Part shown: positions 37,277 to 46,589 of the stretch, one piece after another
Layout: each line of letters opens with the position of its first letter
How positions within the stretch are numbered: the stretch's first letter is position 1
DNA from: a virus
Length of the DNA stretch: 64,000 nucleotides
Strand: one strand, 5' to 3'
Virus record (IMG/VR): IMGVR_UViG_3300018080_000149
Span: 23,401-87,400 of that record
Program-made: the position numbers and the translations under genes
Notes under the pieces: model-generated
Seen by the model: only the letters and a program-made list of their open reading frames with translations
Database searches by the model: none
Told to the model about the DNA's origin: nothing

Positions 37277-38011
37277 CTACCCTTCGTCAGCCTCTCTGCT
37301 AAGATTGGCCTTTCTGACCAAGTCGGCCACCTTGGAATGGTCCTGTGGGTTTGACTTGGCCAATGACTCTATGTGCTGGTAGACGACATCCATGTCGCCC
37401 TCTTCGATCCCAGTAGCGTGAGATGACGCGCCTTGTGCTTGAGACTGATTGACGTTCACTGTAACACCCTGTTGAGTGTCTGGGTCCGTCATAGCCATAG
37501 CCAAGCGTGCGTTGGCTTGAAACTCGCGACTGAATGTAGCGAAGTCCTGTACTGTTGGTTCCTCGGCTATCTTCTCAGCTAGTGCTCGTTCATTAGAAGG
37601 AAGGTTTGGATTATCAAGCGCCATCGCGGCCCGAGTACGAGCTATGAAGCGCTGACCAGCCATACCTGCGGAAGCGCTACTGATCTGAATAAGATTAGCG
37701 GCCCTCTCCGTCAGCTTCCCGTCTTGAATTTCTAGAGCTTTGTGCAGAATCCTGGCGCGTCGCCTGTACAGAGGCTCGATCTCCCTAGCGGGGTCGCCTT
37801 CCTCAATGTACTTATGTACTGTTGTGCGAGAAACTCCAAGTGTAGACGCTATAGCCCCCTCTGACATGTCCTGACAATAGAGGTCGAACATCTCCGCCAC
37901 TACATGTAGTGAGAGTTTGCGCCGCTTCTTTACCTCTGGAACGATCTTTAGCTTCACCTTCTTAGGCTTCGCCTCTTTGGGCTTCACCCTCGGTTTTATC
38001 TTTATCTTCAT
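37277..38011 (-). CDS. HTH protein, candidate terminase small subunit
   Basis: MSEGAIASTLGVSRTTVHKYI helix-turn-helix, a helical middle and a VTVNVN C-terminal strand. Confidence 0.5.
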   Translation of the reverse strand: MKIKIKPRVKPKEAKPKKVKLKIVPEVKKRRKLSLHVVAEMFDLYCQDMSEGAIASTLGVSRTTVHKYIEEGDPAREIEPLYRRRARILHKALEIQDGKLTERAANLIQISSASAGMAGQRFIARTRAAMALDNPNLPSNERALAEKIAEEPTVQDFATFSREFQANARLAMAMTDPDTQQGVTVNVNQSQAQGASSHATGIEEGDMDVVYQHIESLAKSNPQDHSKVADLVRKANLSREADEG

Positions 38012-38786
38012 GTGCTACCCATTCGGCCATAGCCTCGACGTTATGAGGGTGTATACTCTCATAACTCGTTGCAGTGACTTCGACCCGTCTGGCTAGCTGT
38101 CCAACTCGTCGTATGCTGGCTTCTAGAGTGGCTCTGACCACGTCCTCGACGAACATGGGATTACTAAAGCCGTCGTCAACCACACGCTTTTCGTCTTCCC
38201 TGCGAAGTACAGAAAAGACAGGGGCGGAGCCTCTAACACTATCTACCAGCGATTCGAGCCAAACTGTATTAGGTGCAGACGATTCGGCCACAACGCTTAC
38301 ATCACAGCGTTGGGAGTGAGCGGCCACTCCTCCACTAAGTTCTAGACTGCAAGGACACACCGTCATAACGGGAACTGTAACGCCGGAAGTTGTTACTCCT
38401 GTAGTGCCGACAGACTCATACTCCAGAAATGCGGGAATGTACACCTCAAAAGGTATTCCCGACTCTGGGCTGGTCCTGTCAACGCGATACAGAAAGTCCA
38501 TCCTAGCCCTAGCAATCGCTGTGTCCATAGACTGTCGTAGCTGGGCCACCAAAGCGGGGAGAATAGGACTAGCCTTTCTCACGACCCTGAGCGCACGAAG
38601 GAAGCGACTCATATGAGCGCCTCTAGAGTAGCAACTCAGGTGAGCTGACATAGTGAACACAGCGTCTACGTGTTGATCTTTGCCCGTTTGTGACCTGAGG
38701 ATAATCCGCTTATGTACGGACTTCACTGTCACAACCAGAGGTATGCCCCTCTGATCGGATTCCGACTGTACGTCTGGTAGTTTCAT
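37962..38786 (-). CDS. folE2: GTP cyclohydrolase IB
   Basis: LPDVQ, RGAHMSRF, TVCPCS, AHSQR, NPMFVEDVVR and ESIHPH. Confidence 0.92.
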   Translation of the reverse strand: MKLPDVQSESDQRGIPLVVTVKSVHKRIILRSQTGKDQHVDAVFTMSAHLSCYSRGAHMSRFLRALRVVRKASPILPALVAQLRQSMDTAIARARMDFLYRVDRTSPESGIPFEVYIPAFLEYESVGTTGVTTSGVTVPVMTVCPCSLELSGGVAAHSQRCDVSVVAESSAPNTVWLESLVDSVRGSAPVFSVLRREDEKRVVDDGFSNPMFVEDVVRATLEASIRRVGQLARRVEVTATSYESIHPHNVEAMAEWVAHEDKDKTEGEAQRGEA

Positions 38787-38792
38787 GGTTGC

Positions 38793-39863
38793 TCACGAGA
38801 AAAGGAAGTAGGCGTCGTAAAGCTCGCCGTTCCCAAAGGACGACACATCCAAAAGGATCTCGACCCGGTACATCTTTGTGGAACCAGTCTTTAGGTCACC
38901 AGGAGCCACACCAACAGGTATGACTGATGACACGACATTTGTCGGATTGGGTGTGCCTATGACGTTCACAAGAGAGTTTGTCACAACCTCACTGTCTGTA
39001 ATGTTGTACAATCTGGCGTCAATACGTGCGCTCCCGGTATCAGCTATCACAGCGCCAAACTGGACGTTTGTGAATGAGATACCCATAGACGCAAAATCTA
39101 ACGGCCTCATAAGAGCCACAATTGTCCAAAAGCCTACAGAATAGGCGGATTGTTGATTACAGAAAGGGGTACTGGACAACGGAAAGTGAACAGCAGGGTA
39201 CACACCACCACCGCCACCACCCGGTATTGTGACGTTGGCTTTACCACCCCCAGCATCGGAAGCTGTAACGCCAGCGCCAGTGAAGTTGATAGTGTCAAAA
39301 TTGCCAAGTGGCGAACCACCGTTCTCAACATCGACACCACCCCCGCCTCCGCCACCCAAAAGGGGCACAGCTTCACCGGAGCGAAGCTGGTACAGTATCC
39401 TCCATAATTCCTGCTGAGCGCCATGAACATTCTCGGCGCTGTAGTAGTCTTGCCAGTTAGCGTATGTCGCCTCGGAGAACGCTGGGAGGTCCCAGTCACA
39501 CAACTCGTCGCCCCAGCTTGCTGTCCCAAGCGATGGGAAAGAGACAGACGCGACGAGTATTTGGCTGCCTGGTGTGTCATCTCCCATGTCATTCACACGA
39601 AGCTGTACAACGTACCTACCGTATACATCGGCTTCAAGTTCTGCTGTTCTCGTGTTAGCGCCCGAAAGGACGGCTACCGAGCCGGGAGGAGATTCGAGTA
39701 ATGACCATTCGTACTTCACTGCCCCGACGTGTCCATCGTCGGAGTTTGTAAACACAATTGGTTCTGTATTTGTTGCGTGCAAGTCCAGCCCACGGGCTGA
39801 TTTCCCAGCCTGGCCAACCGGCCTTGGTGTGGTCTGAGTGATAACAATGTCAGCCTTGGGCAT
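38793..39863 (-). CDS. PKD/Ig-like domain virion protein
   Basis: YEWSLLESPPGS...DVYGRYVVQLRVND (PKD-like), with Gly-rich linkers. Confidence 0.65.
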   Translation of the reverse strand: MPKADIVITQTTPRPVGQAGKSARGLDLHATNTEPIVFTNSDDGHVGAVKYEWSLLESPPGSVAVLSGANTRTAELEADVYGRYVVQLRVNDMGDDTPGSQILVASVSFPSLGTASWGDELCDWDLPAFSEATYANWQDYYSAENVHGAQQELWRILYQLRSGEAVPLLGGGGGGGVDVENGGSPLGNFDTINFTGAGVTASDAGGGKANVTIPGGGGGGVYPAVHFPLSSTPFCNQQSAYSVGFWTIVALMRPLDFASMGISFTNVQFGAVIADTGSARIDARLYNITDSEVVTNSLVNVIGTPNPTNVVSSVIPVGVAPGDLKTGSTKMYRVEILLDVSSFGNGELYDAYFLFS

Positions 39864-39871
39864 TTCGCCTC

Positions 39872-40546
39872 CTACGGATTGTTTACGTACTTGTGACCTT
39901 GAATAGACAGCCTCGGGCGGTAGCCTGTGATCTCTTCATAGATCTCAGCACAGCGCTTTACACCCTTCATAGCGTTCCACTCAATCGGCCACTGTGGCTG
40001 GAAGTACACCCTACTTGGGTCTGCACCAAAGTCTAGGACCTGACGCGCTATCCCCTCAGGGGACTCCCAATCACCGGGCACCACATACTTCAAGTGATAT
40101 CGTCCTGGGTCTTCCATGTATCGGACAGGAAAACCGGCCTTCGGCGATATGACTGTGTGGTGGTTCAACAGAGCTTGTATTGCAGACGAGCGCGGTTTGA
40201 CACCGTTCGTCTCTATCAGAATCTTCGGCGGCTCAGAAGTAACAAACTGCTTCTGGTATTTACTAAGTACCCGTACTAGTGAGTCGTCTATGTACAACGT
40301 GGGCTCACCGCCAGTCAACAGAATGTGTCTATACTTGGATGGTAATTGCACTTCGAGCCCGGAGATGGAAAGTCTCCTGTCAGCCGCGAGCCCGTAGTCA
40401 CTCCTAGCGTCGGGCTGGTCACACCACGAGCACGTAAGGTTACACCCGGCGAACCGGATAAGCCAGATCGCTAGACCAGCGTGTGGCCCTTCGCCTTGCC
40501 AAGTATCTGCCATCTCTATGACAGGATACTTTTTCACTATTCTCAT
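39872..40546 (-). CDS. queE: 7-carboxy-7-deazaguanine synthase (radical SAM)
   Basis: QGEG, IRFAGCNLTCSWCD, LTGGEP, IETNG, ISPK and RLSIQGHK. Confidence 0.93.
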   Translation of the reverse strand: MRIVKKYPVIEMADTWQGEGPHAGLAIWLIRFAGCNLTCSWCDQPDARSDYGLAADRRLSISGLEVQLPSKYRHILLTGGEPTLYIDDSLVRVLSKYQKQFVTSEPPKILIETNGVKPRSSAIQALLNHHTVISPKAGFPVRYMEDPGRYHLKYVVPGDWESPEGIARQVLDFGADPSRVYFQPQWPIEWNAMKGVKRCAEIYEEITGYRPRLSIQGHKYVNNP

Positions 40547-40562
40547 GGTTCGGCCCTCGCAG

Positions 40563-40606
40563 AAAAAGGATGGGGCGGACTCGTCGGGTCAAAACGAGTC
40601 CGCCCC
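40563..40606 (-). terminator. Intrinsic terminator
   Basis: 13-bp stem GGGGCGGACTCGT/ACGAGTCCGCCCC followed on the minus strand by a T tract. Confidence 0.75.
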
Positions 40607-40627
40607 CAGGAGGTACAGTGATCTGGA

Positions 40628-41008
40628 TCAGATCACGACGAAGATGCGAAGGACGTCGGCGAGGTTGTTGAGATCGGCGTCCGTACCGATGGTCAGAGAC
40701 CCGTCAGCGAGCGTAAGCCCGTCAGCCGCGATCATGCCCACAGCGGCGGTCTTGATCTTGAACGCGTGAGCCGCCGTCATACCATAGACAGCGACAAAAG
40801 CGCAATCGGTTGTCTCGTTGACCACGACAGCGAACTTGGGATAGCCGTCGATGTCAACCGTGATATTTGCGCCAGTTCCAACCTCACTCACAGCCTGAAT
40901 CTGGCCAACACGGGACATACCAGCCGCGAGAGCACGGTTGTCAGGGTAAGGAATCTCGGTGGCGGCGAGAAGGGCCGCGATCTTGGTGCGAAGAATGTCA
41001 TCACTCAT
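40628..41008 (-). CDS. Putative small virion/decoration protein
   Basis: Ala/Val/Thr/Gly-rich beta-type protein with its own terminator. Start MSDD. Confidence 0.55.
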   Translation of the reverse strand: MSDDILRTKIAALLAATEIPYPDNRALAAGMSRVGQIQAVSEVGTGANITVDIDGYPKFAVVVNETTDCAFVAVYGMTAAHAFKIKTAAVGMIAADGLTLADGSLTIGTDADLNNLADVLRIFVVI

Positions 41009-41846
41009 TGTTGTCTCCCTCGTCCACAATTTCCGCGCCTGAAACAGCACGTAAGGCTAGGACGACAGCCTCGGCGTATGTATCGACCCCAAATAACTCC
41101 TGAGAGTATTGGATCAGCTCCCTCACTTCAGTAGTGCCTGGAAGGGGAACGACAATAGCGGCCCCCCGCGAGGACTCATGGGTCACCTCGTCAGACTCAG
41201 CCGCCCCGAATGGCGTTGCAGAATCATATCGTGACTTGTCCTCTGGAGCCGCCTCGTCAGTAGAACCTGGGTCAAGCGTTGGTGCGCTGTCTAGGTCAGC
41301 CGTGAAAGCGCCAACCAACTCCTCAACAGCGTCGGCCTCTTTGGCCGTAGCGCGTGCAATGTCATCCAAAGACACACCACTAGATGACATGTCATGGATA
41401 AATTCTAGGTACTCTTCGCCTTCAGTATTAGCTGTGATATAATTGAATCGCAACATCGAAAGGTCGGCCTCGGTAGGAGACACAATCTCCCCATCCTTGT
41501 CCGTAAGAACAATGGCGGGCAGGTGTTCAGCCTCCTGAGCTGTGGCCTCATCAAGTCGATGGTGCCCATCAATTAGCTCATAACCACCGTTTTTCGCTGG
41601 AATGACCATGATCGGATCACGAAACCCCAAGCGAGACACGGAATCTTTCAGCGCCGCTACTTGCGAAAAGTCCATACGACGAAACCTCTTCCGTCGTAGC
41701 TTCAAGTCACTTACAGAAACCTCCCCCACGATCATACCACCAGGCAGTTTTACGAATTCACCTGGTGACAACTCGCGAGCTTGAGGAGGCTTCACTTTGA
41801 TGCGTACTTTTCTCTTCCTATTCTTCTTCGTCGTTTTCAGCTTCAA
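41001..41846 (-). CDS. ParB/Srx N-terminal domain protein adjacent to dpdA
   Basis: LGFRDPIMV...YELIDGHHRL. Probable TTG start at 41846 after GGAGG. Confidence 0.82.
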   Translation of the reverse strand: MKLKTTKKNRKRKVRIKVKPPQARELSPGEFVKLPGGMIVGEVSVSDLKLRRKRFRRMDFSQVAALKDSVSRLGFRDPIMVIPAKNGGYELIDGHHRLDEATAQEAEHLPAIVLTDKDGEIVSPTEADLSMLRFNYITANTEGEEYLEFIHDMSSSGVSLDDIARATAKEADAVEELVGAFTADLDSAPTLDPGSTDEAAPEDKSRYDSATPFGAAESDEVTHESSRGAAIVVPLPGTTEVRELIQYSQELFGVDTYAEAVVLALRAVSGAEIVDEGDNNE

Positions 41847-42831
41847 AGCGACCCTCCAATTGCGCCTCCCAATCGAAGCCCCGGAGCCGCCAATACGTAG
41901 TGTAATAGCGAGCCATGTCAGCGAACACTTTTGCCTGATCAAGGAAGATGGCGTGGTTGTCAGCCCGAGGGCGGCCTTTCACCATCTTGCGGCCCACCAC
42001 GTCAAGCGGCTTGAGCTTTGAACCGTGGCCTTGAATCTTGAGAATGTTTTTGGCTACAGCAGTTGCGCCTTTTTTCTTTACTAGGCCCTTACCAGCGTCG
42101 ACTCTCACAATGTCACCCGTCGTCTGGTCAAAGACCATAGCGCCGCCAAAGTGGAGCGCTTGTTGCCAGGTAACGGAGTCACAGGAGTAGAAAGGAACTT
42201 TCTTGAGTACACTTGGTCTCGTTACCGCATAGCCGTGTAGCTTTACCCCTTTTAGGTAACATAGCTCCGCTGCCATAGCGGCGACCTCGACCAGCTTGTC
42301 TAGCTGTGTCGCCTTAGTCTGCATCGTCATACCAATGTAGTACACGTCAGGATGAGCTACCAACACCTCGATAGAGTCGTCGGCGTTTGTCATATGTGAC
42401 GCAAACACAACTGGTACTCCGGTCTGTTCCTGAAATGGGAACATGTACTTGTCACGCCAGCGTTTGACAACGTCCATCCCGTAAAGTTCTTGCAGATCTA
42501 GCTCAGCTACACCAGCGAGCGGGATGTCATTGTCAACTAGCCAGTAACAAGCGCCAAGGTGCGATTCAATTACCTTTTCACACTCCTCGATGGCTAAGGA
42601 CTTTCCGCCATGTTTGAAGAACTTTGACTTGATGATAAATGCCCCGGAATCGACGAACAGCCTATCAGGTGACAGGGCTTGACAAGCCAAGTCGAGTATC
42701 CGGGCGCGAGACGGAGCTTTGCCGTTACACGTCAGGAGTAGGTTGACAGGAAAACCAATCTCTCCTATTTCTTTGTAACGAGACACGACAGGGGAAGCCT
42801 CGTCAGCTATGTAGACGTGCATCAGGGCCAC
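41818..42831 (-). CDS. dpdA: DpdA-like DNA 7-deazaguanine transglycosylase (TGT fold)
   Basis: LFVDSGAF, ELD, KLHGYAVT and FYSCDSVTW motifs. Adjacent to queD and near queE and folE2. Confidence 0.78.
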   Translation of the reverse strand: MALMHVYIADEASPVVSRYKEIGEIGFPVNLLLTCNGKAPSRARILDLACQALSPDRLFVDSGAFIIKSKFFKHGGKSLAIEECEKVIESHLGACYWLVDNDIPLAGVAELDLQELYGMDVVKRWRDKYMFPFQEQTGVPVVFASHMTNADDSIEVLVAHPDVYYIGMTMQTKATQLDKLVEVAAMAAELCYLKGVKLHGYAVTRPSVLKKVPFYSCDSVTWQQALHFGGAMVFDQTTGDIVRVDAGKGLVKKKGATAVAKNILKIQGHGSKLKPLDVVGRKMVKGRPRADNHAIFLDQAKVFADMARYYTTYWRLRGFDWEAQLEGRFEAENDEEE

Positions 42832-43208
42832 TCAACTTCGACGCTGTTGTTTACACCCTCCCACAAATACACACGCATCCAATATATCTCGTTATCCAGC
42901 GAGTTAGCTTTGTGGACAAGTGTGTCCAAGATGTGTATTGCGATAGTTTCAGCGGTTGGCGGCGCTATGATCTCATTCAGATTACAATGGTCAAGCGCCT
43001 GATATGCGGCCTTGATGTCACCGAAATCCATGACCACGCCCAAAGGACCAATATCGCCTCCCACACGAACCTTCACGCGATACGTATGCCCATGTAAGGC
43101 TTCGCACTTACCGAACCCAGGGAGCCTATGTGAGGCGTCAAAGTGCCCGTTATGTTCCAAAGTTGCCATGGGTTTATGTTCCAAAGTTACCATGAGTTCC
43201 TCACACAA
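42822..43208 (-). CDS. queD: 6-carboxytetrahydropterin synthase
   Basis: FDASHRL, CEALHGHTY, MDFGDIK, LDH..LN, PTAE and LWE. Confidence 0.93.
   Translation of the reverse strand: MCEELMVTLEHKPMATLEHNGHFDASHRLPGFGKCEALHGHTYRVKVRVGGDIGPLGVVMDFGDIKAAYQALDHCNLNEIIAPPTAETIAIHILDTLVHKANSLDNEIYWMRVYLWEGVNNSVEVEWP
43150..43197. repeat. 24-bp imperfect tandem duplication at the queD 5' end
   Basis: TTATGTTCCAAAGTTGCCATGGGT and TTATGTTCCAAAGTTACCATGAGT, giving MVTLEHKP-MATLEHNG. Confidence 0.85.
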
Positions 43209-43569
43209 AGAGGTGGACTTCTGTAACTACCTTGACGCTAGACAAAGCAATAACAGCCGCCTCAAATATGATGAGCGATCTGAGTATGATCGCTCGCTCC
43301 CATGGTGAGCCCGCTCTGATTTGCGCTATTGTTACAGCGTCAGCCGAACACAGACCGGCTGTAATGAGAAGGCCCCAGCCTACCCAACCACAACCTGTAT
43401 GCGCTGAAATACCACCTATAATAGCCAGAACTGGTAGCGGTAGGAGTCGCCCCATACCAACAAGGTCTGTTGCTGGCTTGTTACGGCCTCGCCACCGTAG
43501 GGCGAGGTCTAGGGACAGGAGCCCCAGGACCACAGCCGCTACAATGACAGTTACTTGCTCTGTACTCAT
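43201..43569 (-). CDS. Membrane protein (about 4 TM segments)
   Basis: Four hydrophobic segments. Confidence 0.7.
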   Translation of the reverse strand: MSTEQVTVIVAAVVLGLLSLDLALRWRGRNKPATDLVGMGRLLPLPVLAIIGGISAHTGCGWVGWGLLITAGLCSADAVTIAQIRAGSPWERAIILRSLIIFEAAVIALSSVKVVTEVHLFV

Positions 43570-43916
43570 CCCTGGTCCTTCACTATGGACGGAGCGCTCA
43601 ACTGGCGATTGATCTCTTTACGAGCCATATCGCGAATGAGAGTTGCCCAATGTGTGTTGGCGTAGTCACGGAGTCTTGGATGGATCATGGCCATCGTTGT
43701 CTCTGGTACTTCTCTGTGTTGCATGATCGCCGAAGGACCACCCATAGCCAACAAGCTATTGAACAAGCGCTCTGTGACCTCACGGACCACGGCCTCAGAA
43801 CGAACACGAATCTGCAACATCTCTTTAGCTTCCGTCTGACGTCGCTTCCGTGTATCCTTCTTCGTCTGTACCCGCTTTCTTTTGCGACGATTTCTGTCGC
43901 GTGTATCAGCGGACAT
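43566..43916 (-). CDS. Hypothetical basic protein
   Basis: Arg/Lys-rich N-terminus. Confidence 0.6.
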   Translation of the reverse strand: MSADTRDRNRRKRKRVQTKKDTRKRRQTEAKEMLQIRVRSEAVVREVTERLFNSLLAMGGPSAIMQHREVPETTMAMIHPRLRDYANTHWATLIRDMARKEINRQLSAPSIVKDQG

Positions 43917-43917
43917 G

Positions 43918-44526
43918 TTATACCTCTTTGACCTCGCCCCGACCTACAGAATAGGCTTTTATTTTGCCCATCATCCATTTCGGAGCTTCACCGAGACTCA
44001 CAACCTCGCCTACCTTGGCAAGAGCGAAAGCCTCATAGAGGTCTTGTGAACCGAAGTCGGGAATATCATCCTTGAACCACTTACGTAGGATGCCCTCGAT
44101 AACCGGGAGCTTCCCAGCGTTCCCCTTACCTGTGACGTACTTTTTCAACACCATTGGCGGTGCCACAATCACTCGCGCGAATCGGAGCGCCACCACGGCG
44201 TCGTAAATGGCTTGGTGTAGGAAACCAACCTGTAGGCGCTTATGCCCAACCATAGCTGGCCCCTCTATCGTCACCACAGGCCCGTTGATTATCTGACCAG
44301 CCACACGAACAGGCTTGACAATAGGAATAATTGCCACAAGCCACGCGTACAGAGCTTTACGAAGCTCTCGACAACGAAGGTAGTCAGACATGACAAAACT
44401 TGCGTCGAGATCTCCAGCCGGAAAGGTCAGCTTTTCTACAGCGATATCCCCTCTATCGGTTATTGCGGCCAAACCCAAGTTGTTCACGCCTGGGTCAATA
44501 CCAATCAGAGTTGGCATTGAATTCAT
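43918..44526 (-). CDS. RuvC-like Holliday junction resolvase
   Basis: IGIDPG, VTIEG, LKKYVTGKGNAGK and DLYEAFALA. Confidence 0.82.
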   Translation of the reverse strand: MNSMPTLIGIDPGVNNLGLAAITDRGDIAVEKLTFPAGDLDASFVMSDYLRCRELRKALYAWLVAIIPIVKPVRVAGQIINGPVVTIEGPAMVGHKRLQVGFLHQAIYDAVVALRFARVIVAPPMVLKKYVTGKGNAGKLPVIEGILRKWFKDDIPDFGSQDLYEAFALAKVGEVVSLGEAPKWMMGKIKAYSVGRGEVKEV

Positions 44527-44547
44527 CTCCAGACCCCCAATTGGGGA

Positions 44548-44961
44548 TCAGATGTCAGCAAAACCCAACATCAGCGAGAACGTAACCTCGCTACTACTGT
44601 CTGGGTTACTAAAGTACAGTGCGTCCGCGCTAGTCCACAGTACGAACTGTCCTTCCTGGTCTGACCCAATCCCTGGCTTGATCAGAATCGGATCATTTGC
44701 GGCATTGTCGAAATGAACCTGAACACCGTTCAGGTTTGTAACGTGCATAACCGAAATGAAGCGTAGCTTTACCGCCCCCGGAGGGAAGGCGATCTCAGTG
44801 CCCGAGGCGCTGGCGGGTAGAGCTACATCATAGGGCGCGATAACCTGTGTAAGGTTATCGTTGTCTTGCTCCTCATCGAAGCCACCCCTGTCGTGTTCCC
44901 CCGCCAGGTCTTCCCACACACGAATCGTGAGTTCGGTATGGAGTCTGCGTTGTGTCGTCAT
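44548..44961 (-). CDS. Hypothetical beta-rich protein
   Basis: 137 aa with a GGAGG RBS. Confidence 0.6.
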   Translation of the reverse strand: MTTQRRLHTELTIRVWEDLAGEHDRGGFDEEQDNDNLTQVIAPYDVALPASASGTEIAFPPGAVKLRFISVMHVTNLNGVQVHFDNAANDPILIKPGIGSDQEGQFVLWTSADALYFSNPDSSSEVTFSLMLGFADI

Positions 44962-46589
44962 CCGACTATTCCTCCCTTGACCCGTCCGCGTGACACCTTG
45001 TGGGTAATTGCGGCGGGGAAAAGCTCTCTGGTACTGTCATCGTGAGAAAAGACGAGGACTGAATCACCTCGCCCCTCTGACCGTATAAACGAAGCGAGAC
45101 GTTCTTTATTGCCCCCATCGACGGCGTCTGTGACATCATCATAAATGAGGGGGAGTCGGGCGGCTCCAGTTGTAGCTGTGGGTATCGACGCAAGAGCTTT
45201 GAGAAGACTAAAGTCGATGAGGCTTCTCTCCCCCTCCGAGAGTCCGCGATATGAAATCTCCTGGCCGTCTCGCAGTTGAATTCTGAGAGAGACAGTCTCA
45301 AGAGCTTCAGAAGGCCGCACCTCGACGTACACCGGCTCTCGGTAAACCTCCCCACACACTTTAGTCGCGACACCGCTCAACACCTTGAATGCTTCCTGTA
45401 GAAGGGCCACACGGGCTCCGCGAGGCCCATACACACGAGCCAAGTCAGACAACCGCCGAACCCTGGTCTCCAATGTCAGTATGCGGGATCTAATCTTATT
45501 CAGATCACGGCGAGCGTGGTCCCTCTTGGCTATTGTTGTTGTACGCTGATGCTTGTAGTAACGCTTGGCACGCTTCCATTCCCCAAGGTCTTCGCGGTAC
45601 CTTTGAACTACGTACTCAGCTCTTTGCCTGGTAGACTTGAACTCTTCGTAGTGGTGAAGCGCCTGGTCATAGTCAGCTTCAGACTGTAACAGCTTGCTAC
45701 GTTCACGCTCTACACGCTTGGCGAGTTTTTCCTTCTTGACCTTCAGCTCGTCGACCTTACCCATCAGGTCGACAACCGTATGCTTATGACGCTTTGTGTT
45801 TGTACTAGCGCCACACTCAGGACACTTCCCCTGAAGTACGAGACCGTTGGCTTCGTCTCTAGCCCTACGCACATTACGTAGCCGCTCGCCAGTCCTCTCA
45901 AATCGTCTCCTAGCCTTATCGCAAGATGAGGTGTCTGGTCGACTAGGACGATCTGGAGTCGGCTTTTCGAGGTACTTACGCGCAGCCTTTACGGCTTTGC
46001 TGAGTTTGGGCTTGGTCGGGGGTCGTAGGACTCGAAGCTCTCCCTCATAGGCCGCGAGTTCCGCTTGAAACCTTGCGAGCTTTTGTGTCTCCGTCAAGAG
46101 TCTGTCTTTGGTGACCCGGAGTTCTGATCTGACTTGTTTGTGCCAAGTATCAAACTGGCTGGCCCCCAGTAGAAATTCGATGAGCCCTTTTCGCTCAGAA
46201 TCAGTCGCGTTCGAGAACTTGACAAGCAAAGAGCGGTGAAAAACTCTTGTCGCGAGATACAGTCGAGCCGACCCAAAGGTTTGCTCGACTGTGACGTTGT
46301 TGTCGCGGGTCTTTCCCTCTCCGTCTATTGTAAGGGTGGTCCCTGACTTTGTTCTGCGTCTTTCGTAGACGACACCATCGACCTCCATCCTAACCACAGT
46401 ACCGGGTATGGCCGGAGACCAACCCCTACGGCTAGTGCGGATATTCTCCGACCAGAGACACCATACTATAGCCTCCCCAATCATCGACTTGCCCGAGCCA
46501 TTGGGGCCAGTAAACAGCCCGACGCCGGTTTCCGGTAGCTCTATGTTCGTCGCCTCATGGTTACCGAAGTTAGTGAGTGCGAGCTTCAT
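44958..46589 (-). CDS. SbcC/Rad50-like SMC ATPase
   Basis: GPNGSGKS, zinc hook CPEC, LSEGE signature, IYDD and FSH. Confidence 0.9.
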   Translation of the reverse strand: MKLALTNFGNHEATNIELPETGVGLFTGPNGSGKSMIGEAIVWCLWSENIRTSRRGWSPAIPGTVVRMEVDGVVYERRRTKSGTTLTIDGEGKTRDNNVTVEQTFGSARLYLATRVFHRSLLVKFSNATDSERKGLIEFLLGASQFDTWHKQVRSELRVTKDRLLTETQKLARFQAELAAYEGELRVLRPPTKPKLSKAVKAARKYLEKPTPDRPSRPDTSSCDKARRRFERTGERLRNVRRARDEANGLVLQGKCPECGASTNTKRHKHTVVDLMGKVDELKVKKEKLAKRVERERSKLLQSEADYDQALHHYEEFKSTRQRAEYVVQRYREDLGEWKRAKRYYKHQRTTTIAKRDHARRDLNKIRSRILTLETRVRRLSDLARVYGPRGARVALLQEAFKVLSGVATKVCGEVYREPVYVEVRPSEALETVSLRIQLRDGQEISYRGLSEGERSLIDFSLLKALASIPTATTGAARLPLIYDDVTDAVDGGNKERLASFIRSEGRGDSVLVFSHDDSTRELFPAAITHKVSRGRVKGGIVG

